Position numbers and translations under genes: made by a program
From: Octopus sinensis
Lineage: Eukaryota
Direction: 5' to 3'
Length of the DNA stretch: 64,000 bases
Assembly (NCBI RefSeq): GCF_006345805.1
Contig: NC_043000.1
Location: 5,580,001 to 5,644,000, forward strand
Notes under the pieces: model-generated
The model's input: only the letters and a program-made list of their open reading frames with translations
Told to the model about the DNA's origin: nothing
The model's database searches: none
Shown here: positions 50,545 through 62,820 of the stretch, one piece after another
How positions within the stretch are numbered: position 1 is the stretch's first letter
Layout of the letters: each line of letters opens with the position of its first letter

Positions 50545-53500
50545 TTCTTTAACTCCCAAGAAAGAATATATATATTTTCAAAATCAAAAGGAAAACATAC
50601 AAAAGAAAAACAAACATGACTAACTTGCCGGCCTGCAACAGACGAAATTGGTCTGATAACGAAATTGATGTTTTAATAAACACATGGTTCTCTCTTTCCC
50701 AAACAGAAAATCTAAATGTTTTGTTTTGAATGAGATTGCCGAAAAACATCACAAGTGGTCAACACACGATCCGTCAAACAGATTCATAGCAAACTGAAAC
50801 ATATCGAAGTATCTTTCAAACTGACAAAAGGCCATTATGAAAAGCTTCTTCATATTTTCACAGTTCAAGAACAGCAACAGCTAGAAAATCAGCAGCCACA
50901 ACAACAACAACAACAACAGAATGAGCCACTCCTGGTTCCCAGCACAATGGCTGACCCTAACATCGGCCAAGCACAACAACAACAACAACAGCCACAGCAA
51001 CAAGAACAACAACAGCCACTTCTCAACTCTAGCTTACTAGATGATTCACTAAATGCCAGTATCTTTTCACCGCTCTCACGGCAACCACCACAATTATCAT
51101 CATCATCATCACCACCGCTGCACCATCGTCTTCTATCACCAAAAATACCAACAGAAAACCAAATAAGAAACCACTGCCCTCTTCCCCCACATCACCACCC
51201 ATCAATACTACTGCAGTAACAAAAACTTAAAGAAACATAGGAAGCAGAATGCGCCCCCCCCACGCACAAACAAGAAATCCCCAAATATGCCGCTATTCAC
51301 TGCGCCAGAGACTCTGCACAAATAGTGACTGCATCTTCACGCATCTACCCGGCACTAGACGCACTACCGCCAAGGCCCAAGCACGCATCCCACAATAACA
51401 TCAACACCACCAAATAGTAAATCGAAATTCAAAACACACCACAACTCGGAGTCCCAAAATCTGCCGGTATTCCCAACGTGAGAGAACATGTCTGCTGAGT
51501 GACTGTCCCTTCACTCATCTTCCAGGGACCCGACGCACAAACAGAAACGGGGCTTCAAGCCAACACACAAACCTGAATAATAATAAAAATAGAACACACC
51601 ATGCTGCAGTAATGTTGGTCCAGTCTTTTCAGGAAGACACAAAACAAAACAACAAAAGTGGAAACTACAACCCTATCCAACAGTGCAACCACACCTCCAG
51701 CCAAAAACTGCTCCCTAAGCAGGAAAATTCTTTTTAGCCATGTTGAACATGGCAAAAGAGATACACAAAAATATTCTAGCCATCACTCAACACCATCCTA
51801 TGCTATTACCCCAGTGCACCAATTCCCCACATTGCTGCCACTAACACACAAACAAAATCCAAGCCCCCTGCAACAGTCAAAACCAGCCACTACACTAACC
51901 TCCACATTCCTACTCAATGCACAAGGTGTCAGCCCTTCCATCAATGCACAAAAATGGAAGGTCCAATTCATTGAAGACTGGGTTTGGTAACCATTCACAC
52001 CACATCCCTTTCTTCATTCTCACTGAGACCCACCTTGACAACTCCCACTTGGAAGCCGAAGTGAGAGTGAAGAATTTCACAACCATCCGCGCGGATCGTA
52101 TCGGCAGGAGGAAGGGTGGAACTGCCATTTTCCTGCATGATTCATTTACGGCAGATGGAAATAGTATATTCTCCAACGGCTACTGTGAATCAGTCACCGT
52201 GCACAACAAAGCCAATGACCTGACAGTAATTGGGCTCTATAGGCCGCCCCAAACACCCATACTGTGCTTTAAAGAATGCCTCAACAGCATTAAGTGCTTT
52301 ATTCAACAGTGCCATTCTAGCAACATACTCATGATGGGAGACTTCACTACCCTGTGTTGACTGGACTACAAACTGTTTGAAACCAAGCACTCCCGCCTCA
52401 ACCGCTGACAAGAAGCAGCAGAGTCACTTTTCGACTTTACGAATGAGTTTTTCTTGTCCCAACTTGTCCTTGCACCAACAAGACATCAAACATTTTGGAC
52501 CTAGTGTTAGTAACCACACTAACACTATACATAACGTTACAGTGGGAAAACCCTTCTTTCAGACCATGACATGGTTTCTCTGTAACATGAAATTCCACCA
52601 GCGAAAGCTAATCCTAGTGACCTTCCTTCAGCCCACCCATTTGACAACATGGATCTCCATAATGCCAACTGGGATGCAATCAGGAACGAGCTATCACATG
52701 TTGACTGGTCCTTTACACATACACACATCTCCACCAACCATAAAACATCTTGGCAGATCTTTGTAGACACCGTCACAGACATATGTGCAAAACACTCCCC
52801 ACCAAGACCTGTGAACAAAAAGTGCAGAATCCCCCAAAACAGAAAAACCATTATCAGAAAAATAAAAAGAAAACAAAAAGAAATTAACAAACTAAAGTAC
52901 TGCAGCCAACAGCAACACACACATTCGACTGCTATCGCACTGCTTGAATCCAAAAAATATAACCTCCAACAATGCATGAAAACCCTCATCAATAACCAAA
53001 GATCAGCTGAGGAGAAGTGGGCCATTGAAAAAAATCAAACTCAACCCCAAAGTGTTCTTTTCATTTGCGAGGAAACGCAGGGTCACTGTCTCCACTGTAG
53101 GCCCTCTAATTGACGAAACTGGCACTCTCCAAGATAATGCCAAATCCATGGCCGAGATACTGCAGAAACAATACTGCTCTGTTTTCAGCAATCCTGATAT
53201 GGCCGATCTGGGCTGTATCAGTGATGTCACCCCCAACACACTATATCGGACATAACATTTAGTGCCCCTGATGTCTTAGCGGCGATAAACGAAATAAAAC
53301 ACAATTCAGCAGTAGGCCCCGATAGGTTCCCTGCTTGTGTCCTGAAGGTGTGTCGACACCAACTTGCATCTCCCCTTGCTAATTTGGGAGAAACTCACTG
53401 GATGCTGGCTATATTCCAAAAAACCTTCTGTCCCAGTCTGTTGTCCCAGTTTTCAAAAAGGGAAACAAGTCCCTTGCAGTGAATTACCGTCCGATCTCAC

Positions 53501-54922
53501 TCACCTCTCATATCATCAAGGTATTTGAGAGGGTGGTGAGATCTCGAATAACCCAATTTCTGGAAAGCAACAGACGGCTGATCTCCAACCAACATGGTTC
53601 CGTAATGGAAGGGACTGCCTAACCAGCTCCTGCATCACTTTGAGGACATTTTGAGAGCTTTGGGAGAGGGCTCCAACACCGATGTCATCTACCTTGATTT
53701 CAGTAAGGCCTTCGACAGGGTCGATCACAAGATCCTATTGAAAAAACTATCCAACATTGGTGTCTCTGGAAAGTTACTGAAATGGATCAAGTGCTTCCTG
53801 ACAGACAGATCTCAACATGTTGTAGTTGAAGGGGTAAAATCAAGCCCAGCCAAAGTCAGTAGTGGCGTTCCGCAAGGCACTGTGCTGGGCCCACTTCTTT
53901 TCATCATTTACATAATGACATTAATGACATCATCAAGCACAGCAACATAAAAATCTTGCAGATGACTCCAAGCTACAGAAGGTCATAAATGAGGCGAGTG
54001 GACCGGACATGCCTTCAGTCAGATCTACTGGCTGTTATCCAATGGGCAGAAAAAAACAATATGCTGCTGAACGAGGAAATTTGAGCTAATCCACTTTGGA
54101 AAAAGGATCCCTGAAACTCCCATACTCCTTCCTTCAGGTGAAACTCTCGCGGCGTCCAACAACATCAGAGACCTGGGAGTAATTGTGGACAACAACATAA
54201 GCTGGGCCACTCATATAAACACCAAGTTGACATGGCCCGCAGAATGTGTTCCTGGATTCTCAGAACTTTCCAGTCGAGAGATATCCACACCATTATCCTT
54301 CTCTTCTCCACTTTTGCCCGACCCCCACCTTGAATACTGTTGTCCACTGTGGTCTCCCCACACAATACAAGGTATCATAAAAGTTGAAGCACCTCAAAGG
54401 GCAATCACAAAAGATAGATGGCATGACAGGCCTCGACTATTGGGTCGACTAGAAAAGCTAAAACTCTATTCTCTCCAACGTCGTCGTGAGCGCTACATCA
54501 TCGCATGATGTGGAAAATATTCCATCAGCATTGCCCAAATGATGTTGGCATCACCTTTAAGGTACATCCAAGGCTTGGGCCCCGTGCCATCCGCCCAAAA
54601 CAAAATCGCACTCTCATCTCATAACAACAATACGGCACAATTATTTCACCTCAATTGGCCCCGCTCCTCTTTAACATTACCCAAAAACACATTAAAACAG
54701 AAACTGACCCTATAGGGTTCAAGAAGTCTTTGGACAGATTCCTTCAAGAAATCCCGGATAAACCCCCTACACCCGGATATGTCTCTGTAAACAATAACTC
54801 TCTACTTGAGTGGGCCATAGTGCCCAAATTCTGACTTGAAAGACTTCACCAGTGGTGCTATTAAGTTAGACATGGCCTGGGCCAATAATGGCCGAAAACT
54901 ATCAAAGTATCAAGTATCAAAG
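50545..54922 (+). mobile_element. Near full-length CR1/L2-group LINE (Gln-rich N-terminal ORF with CCCH finger, APE endonuclease, RT, 3' UTR, tandem tail); 5' boundary approximate
   Basis: CRYSLRQRLCTNSDCIFTH at ~51288-51345; APE LLNAQG, ILTETHL, GGTAIF, IGLYRPP, MMGDF; RT NYRPISLTS, VIYLDFSKAFDRVDH, SGVPQGTVLGPLLF; tail tatcaaag/tatcaag repeats then (TA)n. Confidence 0.92.
50755..54834 (+). pseudogene. Frameshifted coding region of the CR1-like LINE
   Basis: Many short ORF segments separated mainly by 1-2 nt indels in homopolymer runs. Confidence 0.8.
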
Positions 54923-54925
54923 TAT

Positions 54926-54961
<36 letters not shown>

Positions 54962-55044
54962 GATATATACATATATATATATATTATACTATATAAATAT
55001 ATATATATATATATTATATATATATATATTATATATTATATATT

Positions 55045-56215
55045 TTTCAACATTGAGGGTAAAATTAATTAATTAATCAATTTCACCAAGTATTCAGCAT
55101 GCAAGGACCAATTAAGGCGAATTCAAATTATTACATTATATAAAAGGGCTTAGTAAAATAAATTACTTTGCCGCATACTGACTCATTAGAAATAGCAGCT
55201 AAAAACTTTTTTAAAACTATTTCTAATACTTAAAGAAACCTTCTCTCATATAGTGTTTTGCTCAATTCACTCACGAAAGTTGGGTGTAGAGACATTAAAA
55301 AATTCAAATGCAAAGGTTTATTTTGAGAACGTACGTTTCAAGATTAGTCAAACTCGACATTTCTATCATCAGCTCAGAACTCCTGGTTTGGATTTGAAAA
55401 CACTGAAAGTGGGAGCAACCCTTTCGGCTTCCTATCGCTTCTGAAGATCTGCTCGAAACTAACAGTGCCAACTTGAAACGTACGTTCTCAATAACCTTGC
55501 ATTTGATTTTTTAATGTCTCTACCCCCATACTTTCGTGAGTGAATTGAGCAAACACTATATAGAGAGGTTTTCTTTAAGTATTAGAAATAGTTTAAAAAA
55601 GTTTTTTAGCTGCTATTTCTAATGATTCAGTATGCGGCAAAGTATTTATTTTACTAAGCCCTTTTATATATGTAATATTTGAATTCGCCTTAATTGGTCC
55701 CTTTGCATGCTGAATACTGGTGAAATTGATTAATTAATTAATTTTACCCTAATTGTTGAAATATAATTCATCTCTCTCTATATATGCCTCGGATTTTACC
55801 GAAAAAAGCATAGTGTTTGCTGATTTTAACCACGCTGGTGGAAGGGGAGAGCAGAAATTCTTCGCTTGCATTTTTGAGTTGTTGGCACTGTTAGTTTCGA
55901 GCAGATCTTCAGAAGCGATAGGAAGCCGAAAGGGTATGCTCCCACTTTCAGTGTTTTCAAATCCAAACCAGGGAGTTCTGAGCTGATGATAGAAATGTCG
56001 AGTTTTGACTAATCTTGAAACGTACGTTCTCAATAACCTTTGCATGATTTTTTAATGTCTCTACCCCCATACTTTCGTGAGTTGAATTGAGCAAACACTA
56101 TATGAGAGAGGTTTTCTTTAATTAGAAATAGTTTTTAAAAAAAAGTTTTTTAGCTGCTATTTCTAATGAGTTCAGTATGCGGCAAAGTAATTTATTTTAC
56201 TAAGCCCTTTTATTA
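55045..56215. mobile_element. Composite A-B / A' / C-B'-A' inverted plus partial-tandem repeat with hammerhead-like motifs (Penelope-like terminal-repeat relic?)
   Basis: 55045-55342 is the reverse complement of 55473-55761 and of 56015-56215; 55343-55472 is the reverse complement of 55881-56014; embedded in (TA)n. Confidence 0.7.
55975..56037 (+). ncRNA. Type I hammerhead-like motif (mirror copy on the minus strand at ~55324-55380)
   Basis: tgag-CTGATGA-..-GAAAC-gtac-GTT-ctca; palindromic aacgtacgtt; stem II weak. Confidence 0.45.
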
Positions 56216-56427
56216 ATGTATATATATAATTATATATATATAATAATATATATATACATATAAACATATATATACATACATATATATATATATATATAAT
56301 ATATATACATACACACATATATATACAATAAATATATATTATATATATACATATATATATATGTGTTGTGGTGTGTGTGTCATGTATATGTATATATATA
56401 GATGTAATATGTATATATATATATGTA

Positions 56428-56469
<42 letters not shown>

Positions 56470-56506
56470 TATATATATATATATATTATATATATACATA
56501 AATACT

Positions 56507-57031
56507 ATAAAAGAAAGTTAATGAAAAATTGATATACTAATTATTTATTTATTCTAAGGTCTATAAATTCCATAAAATATAGACATTAATAAATAAATAA
56601 AATATCCAACGCATGTTTGAGCTGATTTGCCAAGAGCATATCCATTTATAATTATATAATTAAATAATGAAATAATTAATTAACACAAGCTATTTAGTAA
56701 AACAGCTTCATCAGGGAATATAAGAGAAAGTTCCTAGTTACACCATTTGAATTTGTCATAGAGATATATATATATTTACCTCTATGACAATTTCAAATGG
56801 AGAAACTAGGAACTTTCTCTTAAATTCCCTGAAGTTGTTTTACTAAATAGATTTTATTGATAAATTATTTAATTATATAATTATATAATTATAAATGGAT
56901 ATGCTCTTGGTAAATCAGCTGAAACATGTGTCGGATATTTTATTTATTTATCAATGTCAATGTTTTATGGATTTTAAGATAGATAAATAATTAATTAATA
57001 TACCAATTTTCCATTGTTAACTTTGTTTTAT
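56507..57031. mobile_element. ~525-bp foldback (arms ~255 bp, 16-nt spacer); each arm holds half-degraded hammerhead core motifs
   Basis: The arms align as reverse complements about gtcatagag-(16 nt)-ctctatgac. Left arm (minus): CTGATGA-agctg..cagct-cAAAC. Right arm (plus): CTGA--ag..cagct-GAAAC-atgt-GTC-ggata. Confidence 0.75.
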
Positions 57032-57175
57032 ATTCTGGGACCTATCTACTTATGTATTAAGACAAAAGTAATTGTTTGAAATACTCTATGTTCTTCGGTT
57101 CTCTTCTGAGACTTATTTTATATCTACCAGGACTTAACTCCCAACTTTTATAATTATATATATATAACTAAAACT

Positions 57176-57264
57176 AAGGGTGTCTGAGAGACACCACCAT
57201 GCCGAAATAGCAGTCAAATAGCAGTAACTGCACTTTGGCACGGTGGTGTCTCTCAGACACCCTT
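57176..57264. repeat. 89-bp hairpin/mini-MITE with ~30-bp arms
   Basis: aagggtgtctgagagacaccaccatgccgaa versus ttggcacggtggtgtctctcagacaccctt. Confidence 0.85.
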
Positions 57265-57340
57265 ATTTAGTTGTAAAAATTATTACCTTTGTATGGTATT
57301 TTTTCCCATGCTGGCCACACATATATATATATATATATAT

Positions 57341-57396
<56 letters not shown>

Positions 57397-57487
57397 TATA
57401 CACATATATACATGCACATATACACACATATATGTACTATATATCTACACAGATGTGAATAAGTACGTTCATTTTATTATGTATATA

Positions 57488-57692
57488 TACGAGGGGGTAC
57501 TGAAAGGTTCCTGGCTTTGTGTAAAAGAATATACAGAAAGATCAGTTAATTATGATTTTCCGCTCTTGGATTCACACGCTTATTGCAGTGTTTCCTTCAG
57601 TTTTTCCTTGTAAAAGAACTTGGAAGTTTCGGCCTCCGACGAAGCCTTTCACGATACCCTTAAAGCCAGGAACTTTCCAGCACTCCCTCGTA
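57488..57692. mobile_element. mariner-derived MITE, ~205 bp, 31-bp TIRs, TA ends
   Basis: tacgagggggtactgaaaggttcctggcttt ... aaagccaggaactttccagcactccctcgta. Confidence 0.88.
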
Positions 57693-57744
57693 TGCCTAAA
57701 AATGTACATACATACATCCATACATACATGCATGCATGCATACA

Positions 57745-57781
<37 letters not shown>

Positions 57782-58214
57782 ATATATATATATATATATT
57801 ATATATATATATATATATACATATATATATACATACATGTACATATATATATATATATATAGTAACTAGATACAAATTGTGAGCATGCTCAACGACTAAT
57901 TACACTTACTATAATATTGAATTTGAAATTGTAAATACCAGGAATAGGTTTATGTAGTAGCTAAAAAGTGCACGAACTCCAGTTCGTTGTTAGACAATTT
58001 GACGCCCGTCAAATAGTGATAAGCATCCAAGTTACAATGTCACCACGTTATTTCAATCTATTATTTGAGTTTCAGTTTGTATTATATTTTCCTTCACGCA
58101 GTTCAAACTTAGCTCGTGACGAAAGCAAATGTTTCTTAACTCAGAGACCTGAATGCGTGTGGAGTCGATGCTACGAGTGATTCATGATATATTTTCAGTT
58201 TTTCATTATTTTTA

Positions 58215-58390
58215 TTAAGATAGCGAGCTGGCAGTATTGTTAGCACACGGGGCAAAATGCTTGGCGGCATTTCGTCCGTCTTAACAGTTTGAGTTCAAAT
58301 GCCACCGAGAGCCACTTTGCTCACCTGGTACTTATTTTCGAAGAATTAAATACCAGTTGTGCACTGGGATCGAAGACTATCCCCTCTTAA
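58215..58390 (+). mobile_element. Degenerate tRNA SINE
   Basis: agcgagctggcagtattgttagcac..aaatgcttggcggcatttcgtc..gagttcaaat, with internal deletion. Confidence 0.75.
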
Positions 58391-58559
58391 AATTTCAGAA
58401 TTATTATTAATATTATTGGCTCCAGTTTATTGATATCTTGACAGTAAAAAATGTCCATACTTCACAATGGTATTTCCAAATGTTAACGTTAAGATGGACG
58501 AACCTTGAAAAACTATCTATTTTACTTTTGAAATAAGATCATTGTAAAGACCTATTTTG

Positions 58560-58940
58560 CCAGTTTTCTAAAAACTATATGAGCTGTTGCAATTCAGGGT
58601 TCCACGTTGGAAAGAAAACTTCCAAGATAGGAAAAGGGATAAAATTGTTCGAGGGATGTTTCAGATATAGTAATGCTGGAATCAAGATCTTCGAAGAAGA
58701 TTTGGCAAGTACTTCGGTATTTTTGATATTTGTTGTGGGATCGAAGTGGCTTTATACACTAGTGAAGTTGTTGACTGATTTCTAGAGTTCCTGATGTGTG
58801 TGTCACAGAGAACGTTCTCATTTGAATACTGAGGTTCTGAGATGCATTGGACATTGTAAATCGATGATATGAAATCCTGGCTATATTAAGTTGTCTTCTG
58901 CCATCAAAACTGTATTTGATGTCAACGCATTGATTTTATT
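58560..58940 (-). mobile_element. Ancient RTE-clade RT fragment
   Basis: Minus strand: VDIKYSFDGR, NIKNTEVL, ITISETSLEQ..FSYLGSFLS. Confidence 0.6.
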
Positions 58941-60929
58941 TCTGAAATTCAAAAGGAATCGCAGGCTAATATAAAGGAATATAGGTGCGAGAGCAAACAT
59001 TGTTTTATTTAATATAATTGTTGTATATTATGTGTATATTTATAATAATAAATGCGTCTTTGCACCAGTCAATCAAGATCCCTGAATTGATGCAGCCAAT
59101 CATTTTATAATCAGCCATAGCCACTGGTCTCTATTCTCTGTTATGGTCGACAGTTTCGCTGTATCGTGACCTGTCCAGTTTTTGGTGTTATCAAACCAGG
59201 ATTTTCTGTCTGCCTCTCTCTCTCATCTTCCTTCATCTGTGCTCAGAAGAATGGTTTTGGACAGAGAGCTGTGGCGGGATACGTGATCATACCAGGCAGG
59301 CTTTCGTCTTTTCCCTCTTCGCGTAAGAATTTTAAATATTCAATGATTTCTGATAATATTTATTACGAAATTCGAATTTTACACGACTTTCAACGTCAAA
59401 GAAGATTGGATAATTTTGTGTCTTACTGTCTTAACTGCTCAGCTCATCATAGATAGTTAGTAAGTGCAACTACAAGGCAACCAGCTATTAAAACTATTAT
59501 GTAACATAAACTGCAGGGTTAATAAAAGAAATTCTAACAGGCAGAAAACTGCTGACGCTATTTACTTAAGAAGGTCATGTAATTACTAGTTTACGCCAAA
59601 ATAGAAAATGGTAAAAATATTTCCGGCAGAATGCCTCAGGTAAAGCAAGGGGAAACATCAATATTCGTCCATATTATCACCATGGCCGCTGAATCTTTGG
59701 ATGAAAACAGACCCAATCTGGTGGGGGTAAAGTCTGGAATAATTTCTCCGAGACACCGCATAAAAGTCGATATTGTTTTGAAAGCTAACAAGTCACAAGT
59801 ATATCATAAAATGAGAACAGCGGGAGACATCTGATGACGGAGAAGTCGTAGCTTGAAACAGCTGCTGATGTAGAAAACCTCAAACATTCTATGTTGGAAA
59901 TCTATTTTCGAGGAACTCATCAAAAGAAACATCTGTTACCACTTTCATGTAACCACTTATATATTTAGTGCCTAAGTAGCACGAGATCCTTTTTTTTTAA
60001 TGGATACGCAAACGAACATTTTTATGCATTTTTAATCTCTGTAACGTAGAGATCATTCTTCTTAACGAGCTTTAGAAGTTAATCCGTTTCTAACAATACA
60101 CCACAGTATATTAAACGAAACTACTCAACCACCAATTCATTAAATTACTCGTTAATTTCCACAGCTTTTTAAAAGCATGATTTCGGGTTTCGAACCAATA
60201 AGACATTCTGTGCATGTCTTCTACCATTATTTCGAAAGTCGTTCAGTTTCACAGAACCTGTTATTGTATGGCAGACGAAATCCATCTCCAGTTAACGCGA
60301 CTAAATCTTTTTTGTGTGGCGATGGAGAATCCTGACCCAGTTTGAAGATGGCCTTTCAGTTGTAGTTCCCTTTTTTTCTCTTCTCCCTATACCAGTTTAC
60401 GAGGCTCTACGAAAATCATATTCGCAGCCGTTTTTCCTCTAACAAAGCCTTAAAAAATATACTGTATGTATCTTGATACCGCACAACCAATAAAACAATC
60501 GCCACAGGCCAACAGAGCCACGTAAGAATTACCCTTTAAGATCGTTAGCGCACATAGCAAATTCATGCGATCCCAAGTTTAGTCTAAAGTAGATGTTTTA
60601 TAAAATTCCAGCAGAATCTCTTAGATATACTTAACCCTTTCATTGCAAAATTAAATTTCATGGTTATTCCAGTAATGATGTTAAATATCTACATAAAAAA
60701 AATAGAATTGGCATTTTATGCCAGTCACGTTGCCTCTCAGTAAACTTGACATGTCTCAATAGAAGACAGTTTTAAATATAACGTTCCTCAACAAAAGATA
60801 TATTGGTATTTAAAACTGCTCTCCGCAGTTAAGGGTAAGGAAATTTTGTGTGGATATAAAAGAACCATCAACATTGGTTAGTAATTATATCGCAGCCTCT
60901 AAATCTTTGGCGTAAGAGAGAACCAAGGT

Positions 60930-61515
60930 TTCACATTTTGGCACGAGAGCAGCAATTTTGGGCGCGGTAAGTCGATTACATTGACCCCTCAGTGCTCAAC
61001 CGTACTTATTTTATCGACCTCGAAATGATAAAAAGCAAAGTCGACCCCAGCGGAATTTGAACTTAGAACGTAATGACGGACGAAATGCCTCTAAGCATTT
61101 CGTCCGGTCTGCTAACTATTCTACCGGCTCGTTGCCTTCAAGAGAATCGTTATATTCTTTTCTACTATAGGCACAAGGCCCGAAATTTTGGGGGAAGAAG
61201 CCAGTCGTAACTGGTACTTAATTTATCGACCCCGAAAGGATGAAAGGCAAAGTCGACCTCGGCGGAATTTGAACTCAGAACGTAGCGGCAGACGAAATAC
61301 CTATTTCTTTACTACCCACAGAGAGGACAAACAAGGACAGACAAACGGATTAAGTCGATTATATCGACTCCAGTGCGTAACTGGTACTTAATTTATCGAC
61401 CCCGAAAGGATGTAAGGCAAAGTCGAACTCGGCGGAATTTGAACTCAGAACGTAACGGCAGACGAAATACGGCTACGCATTTCGCCCGGCGTGCTAACGT
61501 TTCTGCCAGTTCGCA
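60930..61515 (-). mobile_element. Cluster of tRNA SINEs, including a head-plus-two-body dimer
   Basis: Old copy at ~60930-61140; dimer at ~61190-61515 joined at gaaatacc|tatttc. Confidence 0.85.
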
Positions 61516-61649
61516 CAAAATATTTCAATATTGCTTCGTATAGCAATATAATGCACTATATTTTAGATATTATGATAATTATTTAACTCGAATTGGTATT
61601 TTAGTTTTCCGATAAATATAACTGTTACAGGCACAAATATGAGTAGGTC

Positions 61650-61803
61650 CAGTCATGGGTGCGTAGTTGAGGAGCTTAGTTAGCAACCAAATGGTTTCAG
61701 ATTCGATCCCACTTTGGGCAAATATTTTGCAATATAGTTCCAGATTGACCAGTGCCTTGTGATTGAATATGGCAGCCGAAAACTATGTGGAAGCCCGTCG
61801 TGG

Positions 61804-61841
<38 letters not shown>

Positions 61842-62020
61842 CAACGCCGCTGTTTGACCATCGGTGTTGGTTTGTCTACATCCCTGTATTCTTGGCGGTT
61901 TGGCAGAGACTTATAGAATAATTATCGCACTTAAAATTAAGTGCAAGGGTAGTGTCCGACTAAACCTTTAAAGACGGAATCCCTGAATAAACGGAATCCA
62001 ATAGCTGAAACAAGTAAAAG
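61650..62020 (+). mobile_element. Degenerate CORE-type SINE
   Basis: ttcgatcccactttgggcaaat..gaagcccgtcg(tg)n..gctgaaacaagtaaaag. Confidence 0.7.
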
Positions 62021-62334
62021 ACAAATGGTAAAATTTATTCATAGTATCATAGTGCAAGTGACTGAAAATTTCCCAATACTCCACGAACGTCTTCACCTCC
62101 GACGCAATATTTGAACAAACTGTAATATTGAGAGTAGCAAAGGTGGATCTCTCAAATGAAGACGCAGTTCACCCTAAGAGCTTTTCTTACTGGTTGCTAT
62201 GTCAGCAGCTGTTTCAAGCAACGATTTCTCGGTCATGAGATCTCTCCCACTGTTCTCATTTTATATACTCGCGGCTTGTTAGCTTTCAAAACAACATCGA
62301 CTTCCTTGCAGTTTCGACAACCTTATACCTTATT

Positions 62335-62560
62335 TCTTTACTGCCCACAAGGGGCTAAAAACAGAATGGACAAACAAGGACAGACAAACGGATTAAGTCG
62401 ATTATATCGACCCCAGTGCGTAACTGGTACTGATTTAATCGACCCCGAAAGGATGAAAGGCAAAGTCGACCTCGGCGGAATTTGAACTCAGAACGTAGCG
62501 ACAGACGAAATACTGCTAAGCATTTCGCCCGGCGTGCTAACGTTTCTGCCAGCTCGTCAA
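62335..62560 (-). mobile_element. Full-length tRNA SINE
   Basis: Same family as 46447-46679. Confidence 0.88.
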
Positions 62561-62820
62561 CTTTATTTCTTCCAATCAGAGCAAACTTTGGACGGCGATT
62601 ATGAAGTGTACATCTTAGCCATTCAGGCGACTAGAATATATTGATTACAAATTTTGGCGCAAGGCCAGCCATTTCTGGAAGGGAGCAAATCGATTACACC
62701 GGCCCCAGTGCTCAAAAGGTACTTGTAATCGACCCCGAAAGAATGAAAGGCAAAGTTGACCCCAACAGATTTTGAAGTTAAATGTAAAGATTGGCGAAAT
62801 ACCCGGCGCGGTAACGATTC

